NCBI GenBank assembly: GCA_951406725.2
Contig: OX597817.1
Location: forward strand, 37,572,001 to 37,636,000
Length of the DNA stretch: 64,000 nucleotides
Direction of reading: 5' to 3'
Origin: Octopus vulgaris
Taxonomy: Eukaryota
The notes under the pieces were generated by a model. That model was given only the letters and a program-made list of their open reading frames with translations, searched no databases and had not been told where the DNA came from. Each line of letters starts with the position of its first letter. Position 1 is the stretch's first letter. This document shows positions 13,006 through 27,138 of the stretch, one piece after another. The position numbers were made by a program, and so were the translations under genes.

Positions 13006-13601
13006 GAATGTTACAGAAGTCATGGCCTTACTAATATCGAAGGTCATGTTCTCGCTTAATGTCAGGAGTCATACAAAAGTCGTTGTTCTCACCAATCTCG
13101 GAAGTCATGAAACGGTCATGGTCTCCTGTCATGACGTCTCGTTGACTTAGAGGTCACATGCTCCTTGTGGTGCTCATAATTTAGCCATAAAAACCTGTAG
13201 GTTTTGAAAAAAAAAAAAGAGATGTATTGAATGCATCTCCCTCCATATATTTTAGGCTTTCAATAGGTTTCAAACTTTCTAATAACATTTCCCAGCATGA
13301 GTGATGAACGTATGACTTCCATACATATCATTCCTGATATTTCAAGAATTCTGAAAATGATTGATGGTACTTGTGTGTTTCTGGTTAATATGTCTTCAAT
13401 CATTGTCAACACAAACATTTCTAAAATTAAAAAATGACGTCAATTACTCTCACAAATATTCCTCTGTTGGTTATAGCTACTTTCTACTATCTATATTTTC
13501 TTTCTTCTTCCCTGTCTTTCTCTTCCTTTATTCTCTCATTCTATATCTTCTTTCCAATTTCTTCCTCAATTCCTTCTAGTTCTTTTTCTACCCCCTTTTC
13601 C

Positions 13602-13632
<31 letters not shown>

Positions 13633-13901
13633 CTTCTTCTTCTTCTTCTTCTTCTTCTTCTTCTTCTGCTACTACTACTGCTACTACTACTACTACCTCT
13701 ACTACTTTTACCACTACTTTTTTTTATATTTTTCCCCTTTTCTACCTTTACACGCCATCTTTCATTCTTATCTATTCTGTCTTTCTCTCTAAATCCCTCT
13801 TTGCTTCTCTCACTCTCTTCTTGATCCGCATCTGTAATTCTTTCTCTCATAAATATTCTTTTCTGCTTCTCTCATCCAAAACCCTATCTTTCTCTCTCCA
13901 C

Positions 13902-13956
<55 letters not shown>

Positions 13957-14297
13957 GTACACACATATTCTCAGTTTTTTGCATAATGCATTTTCACAAA
14001 AACAAAGCGCAATCTTGTAAGAGGTAGTGCTATAGGAACTAACATTATAATAAAAATTACCGTTATAGTAGAAATATTAAAATTACTAAGTCTCTCTAAA
14101 AGAGATCACGGCAGCGTTCCTGGAAAATAATAGTTATCGCCATACTAATATGGCATTCTTATAAAAATAAGAATAAAGCTGTCCGCTTATTAGCTCCATG
14201 AGGCCATCGCCTTAAGTTAGCTATTTGATACACAAACTGTATCCATATAACCTTCGAACAAGGGAGGTCAGTCGCTCCACACTACTTGACCGACAGC

Positions 14298-14334
14298 TAC
14301 AGACGCGTTTCGGAGTATTGCCAGCTCTCTTGTA
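14298..14334 (-). ncRNA. Decayed PLE-type hammerhead (CUGA missing)
   Basis: UACA [--]AGA GAG CUGGCAAUA CUC C GAAA CGCG UC UGUA. The GAAACGCGUC signature is flanked by UACA/UGUA stem I. Confidence 0.45.
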
Positions 14335-15090
14335 AGAATTAATGTTGCAATAATAACTGTTGCAGGAAACGCTGATGTTAGACGCCATTTTGTATGAAGC
14401 GCTGTCGTTAGACGCCATATTGTAATAAGTGCAGAAAACAGGCATTTTGTAAGAGGGATAAATAGATGTTAGTGATCAGAGAAAAGAAGAACTTTTGATT
14501 TGAAAAGCCAAACTACAAAGCTTGATTCTATGGTAATTTAAATTTCAGGTATAAACGGTCTCTTATAAACCTGAAACTGAATTTAAAGTATGAATGGTTT
14601 CTTGCATACCTAAAATATCACATGAAGGTGTTTAATGAAGCATTTCAATGGTTCTCTTCTGTTAATATTGTCAACTGTAGTGAGCCAATTATAGGCTACC
14701 AGATCTTTAAGTAAATAATGTAGGCCGCAGAATATTGTCAACTTTTGAACGAAAAGGATGTTTATAGTAACGCTTTACTTCATCTGAAACAACTAACATG
14801 TTTCAAGTGCCACAAGAAATCACCGATAATTCGGAGAAGGTTTCTACATTGTGGTTCGACATATTAGATAAAGCAGTTAATAATACTTCTTACATAACTG
14901 TTACTAATACTTTACTTAATGTAGAGATAAAACAGAGTCGGATAAAATCACTTGCAGTGTATGCTTCGGATTTCTGTACTTCGAGCTCAAATCCCACTGT
15001 GATGAACTTTGCCTTTAATTCTTTCACATTCGATAAATGAAGTACCAACTCAATACTGGGGCGTTCTTTCGCTCTCACTCTCTCTCTCTC

Positions 15091-15127
<37 letters not shown>

Positions 15128-16010
15128 TGATTATGATTAAAGAGGAGATTTGAGATGCTTCAGGAACGGCATATATCGCAACGGAGCCTCTGCGTCTCCA
15201 CCAGGAGTTGAGAGCCTAAGGCGGGGCAATACAAATATTGTATAAATACTTTCTAATAAGAAGAATTATTAGCTGTTTCGTACCCAGACTTTACAATCCC
15301 TAAATCTTGATGAATGTGAAAGTGATCTTAAGTGTCATAAGATCAGATTAATTCATTTAACAATAATTTAGTTTCCGCATCTCGAATTTCGTTTATTATC
15401 AACAGAAGCAGCATTGCACTTCCTTTAGTTTCTACATAATCTATACTAGACAGACAAAAAATATACACATCCTTATATATAGCCAAGGGAAATAACTCAT
15501 CCATTTTTCTAAATTATTTGGTAAAAATGAAATTGGGTATGCTCATTTCTTAGTATTTGAACTGTTAGAGTTATTTTCGCAATTTATCCAGTACAACCCT
15601 TAAACAAGTAAATAGTATTTTCCTAAACAATAGGTCCACTTATTTTGGTTAGGGACTTATTCACGAATATACCAACACTAGCGCCCCTGAGGGTAATATT
15701 CTCTGGAAACTTTTCAGAGTTATTTACTTTGAATTGATATTATTTCATATCTTATTTGCCTGTTATTACGTAACACGCTTCACGATTTTAGTATACATAC
15801 CTTATTAGTACTTCCTCTTATGTTCTATATACTCTGGGAACGCATTGTGTAAGACAGTTCAGTATTCTCTGTAAATGCCCAAAAACCGTTTTAAGGACTA
15901 TATACTTTGTATTGTTGTCATTGGATTAGTGAAACGATTATGAGAACGGAACCAAGGGATAAGCCCCACTTTCCCAGGAATTACCGGGTACGTCAGCCAG
16001 TATATATATA

Positions 16011-16106
<96 letters not shown>

Positions 16107-16795
16107 CATGTTTATGTATGTGTGTGTGTTTTCACATACATGCATACTTACAAGAAAAAGAGAGAGACAAAACGAAAAGAAAGGCGTAAAAGACAGACAT
16201 AGATGCAATTACAGGAAAATATTCGTTTATATATACACACATACATACATACATATATATATATATATGAATGTATGTATATGAATAGGTACATTTGCAC
16301 ACACGCATATATATGCATGTGCGTGTGTGTGTGTGTGCTTGCATGAATACATGGTTATTCACCAATCGTATTTGCGTAAATAACAGTCGGTTATTGAGTA
16401 ATTCAATTATAGTCACTTCCTCTCGCTCACCCTTCTTCATCTCTCTCCTCCCATTTCTCTCTCTGTTTCTCTCTCCTCGGTCATCCTTTTCTCCTCTCTC
16501 TCTCTCTCTCTCTCTCTCTTTTTCTGTCGACTATGGTGGATTGTTGTTGTTTGTACATTTTTCGGGGTTTTTTGTTTTTTGTTTTTTTTGTTCTCAACAA
16601 ACTATATTAACTATTCTGTCATTGAAATACATTGAATATATAGCGCCAGATTGAGACTATATGCTTATAGATACAAGTGAATAAATAGAAGAGATTCGGA
16701 TTAAAGTTAAAACGGTTGGCTTCCAACAGATATTATCAATCCAAGCTCTTTACTATCGCAGTAATTATTATTATTATTAACTTTTACTATCATCA

Positions 16796-16850
<55 letters not shown>

Positions 16851-17014
16851 CATTATTATTATTATCATTATTATTATTATCATTATTATTAGCAGTAGCA
16901 GCATCTTTATAATTAGATTCGTTATTAGTCGTTTTGTCGCTGCTGTTCTATCTGTCGATCTGAACAGTTTTTTTCTTTTTTCCCTTTAGATTTTTCATTT
17001 AGTACAATATAGTA

Positions 17015-17056
<42 letters not shown>

Positions 17057-17328
17057 GCTTCTACTTCTTTGGTGTCCGTTGTTGTAGTTGTTGCGGCTGT
17101 TGTTGTTGTTGTTGAGCGTCTTTCACAGGGTATTGATTAAAACTTAAATACTTAAATCCAATGAATTGAATCAAAGAAAATTTCTGCCTCTTATCTCAAA
17201 CTCTGAGACGTCATCTTCTTATGAAAATGTCTTCTTTTTTTTCTTTTTTCTTTTTGTTTTTGCCTCAATACAACTGACAGAAACATTACAGTCCAAGCGA
17301 AAACAATACAGTTACAATATTTCAAAAA

Positions 17329-17384
<56 letters not shown>

Positions 17385-17733
17385 TCTTCTGTTCTTTTAT
17401 TTGTTTTCATCGTTGAAATGCCGCCATACTGAGGCAGCACTTTGAAAAATAATTTTGCCGAACAAATGTGCCCCGACCCCGAACTTATTTTTTACTCTGA
17501 TACTCCTTTTGTCGGTCTTTTTTGCCGAATCGCTTCGTTATGGAGTTGTAAAGAAACCAACACCAATCGTCAAGCGTTGCAGTGCGCAAACGAATATAGA
17601 CAGACAGACAGACAGAGATAGATAGAGAGAAAGAGAAAGAGAGGTAGATACATACATACATACATACATACATACATACATACATACATACATACATACA
17701 TACATACATACATACATACATACATACATACAC

Positions 17734-17830
<97 letters not shown>

Positions 17831-17933
17831 TAGAGAGATGGATAGATAGATAGATATAGAGAGATGGATAGATAGGTAGACAGTAGAGAGCGAGAGTGAT
17901 TGATAGGTAGTGAGAGAGAGAGATTGATAGGTA

Positions 17934-18033
17934 NNNNNNNNNNNNNNNNNNNNNNNNNNNNNNNNNNNNNNNNNNNNNNNNNNNNNNNNNNNNNNNNNNN
18001 NNNNNNNNNNNNNNNNNNNNNNNNNNNNNNNNN
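17934..18033. other. Assembly gap (100 N)
   Basis: Run of 100 n characters. Confidence 1.
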
Positions 18034-19364
18034 CCTGCCTTTCTTGTCGAGAGTCGTGGTAGGCTATGTAGGTAGGCACTGAAGTCCACCCTACGTTCTT
18101 GCCCTCCACTCGTTCCGAACAGTCGGGCAAAATGCTGCTGAAAGGCTTCACACATTTTACTTGGCTCGAGCAATTCGCGCCCCTGTTCATCTACCAGTGA
18201 CCGAATGGTGGCTTTGTTGCCCTGTTGCGCCTCTGCCACCCGGGCCTCTCTCGCGGCTCCAACACCTTCGTTCCTTAGAGCACGCATCCTAGCTCTGACA
18301 GCACATCCTTCGTGTTTGGCGTTGAAGTGTTGGTCGAGGGCCAACCTCGCCGCCAAAACGTCGGATGCGATGCCGCTTCTAATTGCCTCTTCTAGCTTCT
18401 TAACTAGCTCACCCTCTACTCTATTTCTATCTATGGCTAGTGCTTTGCTGTACCTAATCGCTTCTGCTTTTACTGCTCTCTTGAGGGCAAACCACCATTT
18501 GTTGTTGATGATGGCTCCCGTCAAAGCCCTCTTTACTAGTGTGCTAATCCGGTCTCTGAAAACTTGTCTCGATGGGAAAGACGCGTTTAGTTTCCAGTAT
18601 CCGGGACCCTGCCTAAGTGTCTTACCTAAGTCTAGCGTACATGTCACAAGTTTGTGATCCGTGTAGCTGACTATGTGGAATTGTGGACATCCTATGCTAT
18701 CTCTATCTACTGTCCTACACAGTATCCTATCTAGATACGATCTCGATGACCCGATGCGGTTGCTCCATGTCCACATTGGCGCATTCGGGTGGTCTAGTCG
18801 GAACCTGTCAGACAGTTGAAAGCGTCTGAGCAGGTCTCTGAGGCATTTGCATCCCCGTCTATTCCTATCTCTACCCACGTAGTCTACATGCGTGTCCAAG
18901 GTAGCATTCCAATCCCCCACTAAGAGTAAGGGACGAGACGTTCCCAAGAAAACTTCTAGACGTTGAAAGAAATCCGCCCGACCTGTTAAGGGCGGTGCGT
19001 AAACTGATACGAGTCGAAAAGCGCACCCATTGCTGCCGTCGACATCCAGGACGACCAGTCTACCCTCCGGGTCTACGAATATTGTCCTTACTTTGAGATC
19101 CAGACTCTTGTGAAAAAGTACCGCGGTGCCACTACCGCCCATTCTCGGCAGACAGGGGGAAAAATAAATGTTGAACTGTCCGCCAAACATGGTCTTTAGG
19201 GCCCGCGGATTGTGGAGTCTGGTCTCGCTTATGGCTATGATTTCTAACTTATGTGACTTTATGTCATTTAAGAGGTACCCTTGTTTCCAAGGGGACCCCA
19301 AGCCACGCGCATTTACACAACCAATCTTGATCATAGTTCTAATGAATTAGAATACAGAGGGTTA
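18034..19364 (-). mobile_element. Tx1/L1-clade non-LTR retrotransposon ORF2 (APE endonuclease plus linker), cut by the assembly gap
   Basis: Uninterrupted ORF from ATG 19334 to the gap (~433 aa). APE motifs: NARG, ISET, SVYAP, GDWN, SYLDRI, YTDHK, followed by GPGYWKLN, typical of Tx1/L1 ORF2. GC content is much higher than the flanks. Confidence 0.93.
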
Positions 19365-19538
<174 letters not shown>

Positions 19539-21130
19539 GGAAGACGGACGAATGGACAAACATACAGACAGACAAAGATGTACTTGGTCTATTGGGGTTG
19601 TAATAGCGTAGAACAGAGATGGTGAGATGAACCTGACGCTGATGGTTATATATTCAACAAATGTCAGAGTAAAGGATTAATCAAAGCAGTAAAGGTGGAG
19701 TGGATAGGAGAAAATAAAACGTTAAAGTTTTAAAAAAAAGTAATAAACAGAAAATATAGGACTTAAAATAGGAAAAATATATAGCATTAATGAAGAAATA
19801 TATTGTCGTGAAAGGGTGGTGTGCTAATAACGTGTACTATCAAATATGAAATCAGTATAGTGTGTATGCATGGCTGGTTGTGGTAAGTCTTTATATTTCG
19901 TGTCTAAATTATATTGTATTGGTGAGACTGTTAAGATCAAGGTTGTTAAGTTATTTTTCCGGTTAAAGTCAGTCTATAACCGTTATAGTTGAAAAGGTTG
20001 TGTGATGTAGCTAAAAATAGCTGCTTTGAGAAGCAATAGCATAATAAATCGTTAAGAATTATATTAATTTTTGAGTTGCTATGTACTACATTTAAATTAT
20101 ATAATTTTATATTTTATACCAAGCCTAATGAATAATTTGTTTTATAAGCAGTAACACGTTCACAAATACTGTTCAAGTCTAAACCAGGTTTTCTAGTTCT
20201 AATTTAATGGTTTAAGATTATATTAGTGACCAGCGGGTTGAATATATATACATTTTTGTATGTTTAAGTGTACGTATACTTACGTAACCTTGTATTCCTA
20301 TGTGTGTGCCTTTTTGTGTATTATATATGCAGTGTTTGTGTAATGTATGTACGTAATATACCCATCGCTACAGTAAACAAGTCATTTAGTGCCCTGAGAA
20401 CGTGTGTGTGTGTTTGTGTGTGCAGGCTCATTTTTCTTCATTCAGTCAGTCTACATACATTATATTACATCATTCTATAGCTAGTTTTATCGAGTACATT
20501 AGTTAAATTCATGTTTTTATTATACTTTCCTGGTGTATTTTGAAATACTACGACTATGTGGCAATGAAAATTGCTTCAAAATCACACGGCTTTGAGTTCC
20601 CTTCCGCTTTGTGTCACTTAAGCAAGTGTTCTCTTCTAAAGCTCCGGACCGACCGATACTTTATGAGGAGATTTTGTAATCAGAAAGTGTACTAAAGTCT
20701 ATCGTGTGTGCGTGTATGCATTTGTGTCTTTGTGTTTGTGTTTATCTCTCAACACTTGACAACCGGCGTTGGTATGTTTACGTTCCCACACCCTAATAGT
20801 TCTGCGAAAAGAAGTCGATAAAATACGCACCAGTCTTCAAATAAGTACTGGCGTCAGTTTGATCGACCGAACCCTGCAAAGTTATGACCCAGCTGATGGC
20901 CGCAGTCCAATGACTGAAGTAAACAAATGAGTAAAACAGTAACAGAATAAATGAAATTTCGCGTTTGTATATCTGCGTGTGTGTATGAGTCATGTGTTAG
21001 TAGGAAGTTCTTCATAGAATATAAAAGCTGGCGTATATCGGGAAGAAAGAATATGGATACTTAAAAGTTAGCTATAAATGGTGTTGAATTGGCAGAGCCG
21101 TTAGTGCGTCTGATGAAATGCGCCGTGGTA

Positions 21131-21249
21131 TTTGTTCCGGTTCTCTGCACCTTGATTTCAACTTTCCCTTTCGAAACATCTCCCTAATGTTTGTTCCGAT
21201 TCTCTGCACCTTGATCTCAAGTTTCCCTTTCGGAACATCTCTCTGATGT
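21131..21249. repeat. 59-bp tandem duplication
   Basis: TTTGTTCCG(G/A)TTCTCTGCACCTTGAT.. occurs twice with a few substitutions. Confidence 0.85.
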
Positions 21250-21629
21250 CAGATCTTCCATATAAAACAGACAAAGAATGTGTAATTTTGTCTGTACACA
21301 GATGTGGTAGAATTCAAATGCTGAACGAATCTTTCTTTGAAATCATTGACTGTAAGTCCTGTATGGTTACTCGAGATACTCTGGGGTGAGATAAAAAATG
21401 TTGGCTATAAGGAAATCTTATATATAGTAGTAGTATCCTTTCCTTCTCACCGTTTTTAAAAGCACCATGTGGCCAACCGGTCTATTTGTATCATTTATTG
21501 TTTTCGTGTTGACCGCCTTCGTGGTAGCTGCTTCTTTTGCAGTCCCTGACTTGTATGAGATTTTATGCTGCCCGCGGTTTTTTCATCATTCTAAAAATGT
21601 TTTAAAGGCTAGCTTTCTTTCTCATTACT

Positions 21630-21706
<77 letters not shown>

Positions 21707-22230
21707 TATATATCTTTCTACCTCTCTATTATCTTTCCATTTACCTTTTTTTTCCATAACAATATATCCTTGTTATATTTTTCCAAGTCCAAAAGATTAC
21801 CTCTTTCCCATCAGCATTACTACACACGAAAACGTTTAATTTATGTCCCTTGTCACAAGACATTTTTTTCCGTTTACATATTTTTCTGTTTCTGCCCTGG
21901 TGTATGCTTTTTTTTTATTTCTTTTTGCTATATTTTTCCTATTCTCTTCGCAACTCGTCTTTATTTACCGTCCAGTCTAGAGACCTCTTCTTTTATTTTT
22001 TTTTTGTTATTGAATCTAACTCATTTTTATCTGTTGCATTCATCTTTCAAGTTCGCCCGTTTTTACCTCACCAGATTTTCTTGCTGACAACGCTAAATTG
22101 AAGAATATTATCGTAGGTAGCGAAATGGCGGTGATGTTTGGTTGATAACTGATGATTAATTTGAAGCTTATCCACGTCTGTTATATGTTGTTTTTCTGTT
22201 ATTCCATACGTCCCCCTGCACCAGATTATA

Positions 22231-22295
<65 letters not shown>

Positions 22296-22441
22296 GCAAG
22301 TATATACATGCATGTATATATGCATTTATGTATATAGGTATGCATACATTATGTAAGTATGCACGCATGTATATATGCATTCATGTAGGTAGGTATTCAT
22401 GCATATATGTATGTATTTATGTATGTATAGAGCGATTTAGT

Positions 22442-22925
22442 GGGGGCGCAATGGCCCGGTCGTAGAATTACGGTTTCGATTCCCAGACCCGGCATTGTGA
22501 GTGTTTATTGAGCGAAAACACCTAAAGCTCCACGAGGCTCCGGCATGGGGAGGGGTGAACCCTGCTGTAATCTTTCACCACAACTTTCTCTCACTCTTTC
22601 TTCCTGTTTATGTTGTACCTGTATTTCAAAGGGCCAGCCTTGTCACGCTCTGTGTCACGCTGAATCTCCCCGAGAACTATGTTAAGGGTACACGTGTCTG
22701 TGGAGTGCTCAACCACTTGCACCTTAATAAATGAGCTGCGACGTCACTGGTACCAAGCTGTATCTACTGTTGCCTTTCCCTTGGATAACACTAGTGGCGT
22801 GGAGAGGAGAGGCCAGTATGCACGGGCGACTGCTAGTCTTCCATAAATAACCTTGCCCAGACTTGTTCCTCGGAGGGTAACTTTCTAGGTGAAATCCCAT
22901 AGTCAGTCATGACCGAAGGGGGTCA
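22442..22925 (+). mobile_element. Chimeric SINE: family D head and core with family C 3' tail
   Basis: 22442-22605 matches family D. 22730-22925 matches the family C tail (GCGACGTCAC..GGTAACTTTCTAGGTG..GACCGAAGGGGGTC). Confidence 0.75.
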
Positions 22926-23268
22926 CAATAAGTGCGATTTAAAAATTAAACTGCAATACAAATAACCAGTATTTAGGATTCCTTGTGCATTTCTAAATAT
23001 CTGAAGGGAGGCCGTGAGGAGGATGCATTGTTTTTTCTTATATATGTGTGTGCGCGCGCGTGTGTATCAGGATTACCTGAGTACGTAAGTATGTATTCCT
23101 ATAAACATATAAGCATGTATATATATTGGCAAATGTGAGTATGGTATGAAAACTAAAAGCAGTTTAATTTCTTTGCGGATTGTTTACGGTTGAGGGACAA
23201 AGCCTTGCAATTGTTTCTGCATGAATGCTCGGAAAGGACCTAGTTTTCCCACATATTTTCCTCTACCA

Positions 23269-23327
<59 letters not shown>

Positions 23328-25129
23328 CTATAGTGTTTCTCTCTATCCTCGCATCTTCGAGTTTTCCTCTGCTACATTGTCTCTATTCCTGTCAACACTA
23401 TGCATGGATATCGAACAACATTGCTTTGCCTGAATATTTCTAGATATAAGCATTAGTTGTTATTTGTGAATATTTGAATGTATGTATGCGCTCATGCAAG
23501 CACACACACACACACATGTACACACACACATATGCAGTTGTACTCGTATATATATAAATATATAGATATAAGTTCAGCAAAATTGAGATTCAAATGAATA
23601 TGGTACTTAAGTTAGATGCACCAGAATTTTGTATGGTGTTATCCATATAAATCCATGGGGTGATTATAATCAAAATAAGCAACAAGAATATCTCCGGTAA
23701 TTTGATACTATCGTTTCACGCTACATCATTTTATTAAATATTGTAAGTATTACAACAGTTTTAAAATGTTGAGCAATCATTAGCCATTTATAGAGGTTTT
23801 TCATTAATACATAATTTTCATATTAATTGATAACATTATAGAGAAGGTAGATATATAGACAAAGATGTCGATTTGAATTTTAAGAACATTAAGGTAGTAG
23901 AGCTTATCTTGTGACTGAAGAATATTCTTTAAGTTATTTTGAACTACTAGATGGTAGTATATATAATACATATGTGTGTGTGTGCATGTATCACTTTCTC
24001 TCCTTCCCTCCTCCTCCCCTTGTGTGTGTGTATATATATATATGCATTATGAATAAACATTTAGTTGTTACATCTCTATTTTTTTTTTAAACTGAATACA
24101 TACATACACACAAACTAATATTTATAAGTGTCTGTGTGTGTGTTTGCATGCTTGAGGTTTTGGTCGACGATAGCTAGTCTAATAAATCAACAAGTAAAAC
24201 TGATCTGGATAAGCACCAGCGAAGGCCTCGACAGGCAAACGTAGATCTTCTTTAACAAACTCTTCTTATGAGTGGAGTTACAGTCAGCTCTACAAAGTAA
24301 ATCGTCAGTCAATATTTACACCCAAGACATACTTATAATTGCAGGTATTCTAACCGTGACCATCCACTCTTTTCAGATATAATGTAACCTTACAGGTAGT
24401 TTATTTCCAATGTGTCCTATTTTATAGAACAGAAATGTGTAATTAGAGAGACACTTGGCTGCTATTTCTTGCAATTCAATATGCAAGTAGTGGTTATATC
24501 ATTTGTTGTTCAGCGATTCACTGCTTATCGTTCACTGTTCAGCTTTATTGCGATGTTGCGTCTGACAAGCAACAAGTGTTCTGACGCTGCAATACATGTA
24601 TTTATAGCTACGTGTGCATTCAAATGAAACGATGTGTGTGTGTAATGGATTCTCCCATAGATTTCGACGTATGTAAATCTAACAGCATCTTTAGCTTGTT
24701 TATTTTATTTTATTTTAGCTCTGATGTCTATGCCTCCAGTGAGACTTTAATCCAGCCAACGATTCAGTGATAAGTTCACAGATAGGACATCAGAAAGAAT
24801 TGCCATACTAAGTGGCTTGCAAGTTAGCTGGAGACTTTGAATTTGCTCACAGACAGCCCAATTCATAGTTCTTTTTTACTTTACATCAGGTTAACCTATA
24901 TTCGTTGCGATTCAGTGCAGTTTATTCAAATGTTTTGAGGAGAATCTTTGTCACTTTCATTTGAGCTTTAAACTTGTCCTTTTATCTTGACCGTATTCTC
25001 CCTACGCTTCTCTTTCCATTATGGAGCTGGCTATACACAAGCACTTTTAAAATTCTGTTGTCACTCGTTCTGACGACATCCAATCGATTTTAATTGGGAT
25101 TGCAAGAAGAAAGAATTCACTGCTCCAAC

Positions 25130-25510
25130 TTTCTGTGGTAAGAAGATTGTTATCTAACCCCATGGTTCTGGGTTCAGTCTCACTGTGTGGCCCCTTGGGC
25201 AAGTGTTTTTTTTTTTACTACAACTTCGAACTGATCCAAACTTGGTAAATTTAGTAGACGAAAACGGAAAGACGCTCGTCGTATATATGTATATGTGTGT
25301 AATGGGTGTATTTGTCCCCCCCCCTCATCATTTGACAACTAGTATTGGTGTGCATATGTCTCCGTTAAGTAGCGGTTCAGCAAAACAGACCGATAGAATA
25401 AGTATCAGGCGTTAAAAAATGTACTGGGGTAGATACGCTTGACTAAAATTCTTCAAGGCTATACCACAATATGGCCGCACTCTAATGACTGAAACAAATA
25501 AAAAAGAAAA
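25130..25510 (+). mobile_element. Diverged SINE family B copy
   Basis: GGGTTCAGTCTC, CCTTGGGCAAGTG and tail motifs are recognisable. Similar diverged or partial copies lie at about 20555-20945 (+), 2750-2905 (-) and 17410-17600 (-). Confidence 0.75.
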
Positions 25511-25876
25511 GATATATATAACTACTGGTTTATGCTGTGTCTCATCGAATTCAACAAGCACGTTCTCCCAATCTTTTATAAGATAGATAATCTTCACATA
25601 GAGAACTTTCTCTAAAAGAGAGGTGCTTCAGTATAATCTTAGCCCTGATGATTAAAGCAAAACAAAGAAAGGATAGAGTGTTCCAAACGGCCAAGAATAT
25701 TTATAATGAAATGTGTAACAGTTATTGTTTGAAATAGATTCATACAAAGTAAGCCAGAATGTTTATACATCTACATGAAATCGTTGTACAACACTATAAA
25801 GGAAACAAAATTAATATATCTTGTAACGCATAAATTTATCTGGTTATATATCTTGTGACGCATCAAATGTTGTTGA

Positions 25877-25924
<48 letters not shown>

Positions 25925-26041
25925 TCAACAACATGAAATTTGTGCGTCACAAGATATATAACCAGATGAAATTTATGCGTTACAAGATATATTAATTTTG
26001 TTTCCTTTATAGTGTTGTACAACGATTTCATGTAGATGTAT

Positions 26042-26092
<51 letters not shown>

Positions 26093-26486
26093 TCAACAAC
26101 ATGAAATTTGTGCGTCACAAGATATATAACCAGATGAAATTTATGCGTTACAAGATATATTAATTTTGTTTCCTTTATAGTGTTGTACAACGATTTCATG
26201 TAGATGTATAAACATTCTGGCTTACTTTGTATGAATCTATTTCAAACAATAACTGTTACACATTTCATTATAAATATTCTTGGCCGTTTGGAACACTCTA
26301 TCCTTTCTTTGTTTTGCTTTAATCATCAGGGCTAAGATTATACTGAAGCACCTCTCTTTTAGAGAAAGTTCTCTATGTGAAGATTATCTATCTTATAAAA
26401 GATTGGGAGAACGTGCTTGTTGAATTCGATGAGACACAGCATAAACCAGTAGTTATATATATATTTTCTTTTTTTATTTGTTTCAG

Positions 26487-26490
<4 letters not shown>
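25485..26490. repeat. (AT)n-centred fold-back inverted duplication with an extra inner copy
   Basis: 25485-25880 is the reverse complement of ~26089-26490. 25921-26043 is a direct copy of the first ~120 bp of the right arm. All junctions except the left outer one are (AT)n. Confidence 0.95.
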
Positions 26491-26556
<66 letters not shown>

Positions 26557-26733
26557 GTATATATGTATGTATGTATATATGTATGTATGTATATATGTAT
26601 GTATGTATATATGTATGTATATATGTATATATGTATGTATGTATGTATATATGTATGTATATATGTATATATGTATGTATATATGTATGTATATATGTAT
26701 GTATATATGTATGTATGTATGTATATATGTATG

Positions 26734-26765
<32 letters not shown>

Positions 26766-26781
26766 CATGTATGTATGCATG

Positions 26782-26842
<61 letters not shown>

Positions 26843-26847
26843 ATATA

Positions 26848-27078
26848 TATTTCTTTACTACCCACAAGGGGCTAAACATAGAGGGGACAAACATGGACAG
26901 ACAAACGGATTAAGTCGATTACATCGACCCCAGTGCGTAACTGGTGCTTAATTTATCGACCCCGAAAGGATGAAAGGTAAAGTCGACCTCGGCGGAATTT
27001 GAACTCAGAACGTAACGGCAGACGAAATACGGCTACGCATTTCGCCCGGCGGGCTAACGTTTCTGCCAGCTCGCCGCC
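26848..27078 (-). mobile_element. SINE family A full-length copy
   Basis: Complete head-core-tail on the minus strand, inserted in a TATG/TA microsatellite. Confidence 0.9.
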
Positions 27079-27138
27079 TCATGTATGTATATATATAATT
27101 AATCTCTGAACGAGGTATAAACAGTAGCTGCACGTCAA

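Noticed and set aside
17281-17330. Candidate exon KHYSPSENNTVTIFQK after a pyrimidine tract
   Set aside because: The donor would be the start of a (GT)n microsatellite, the phase does not fit the tetraspanin exons, and no CCG exon follows.
17538-18033. C-terminal part of the 598-aa minus-strand ORF
   Set aside because: It reads through the N gap into GATA/TACA repeats. Only 19334-18034 is real coding sequence.
25644-25670. CTGATGA...GAAA in the fold-back arm
   Set aside because: No stem II or stem I/III pairing, so not a hammerhead.
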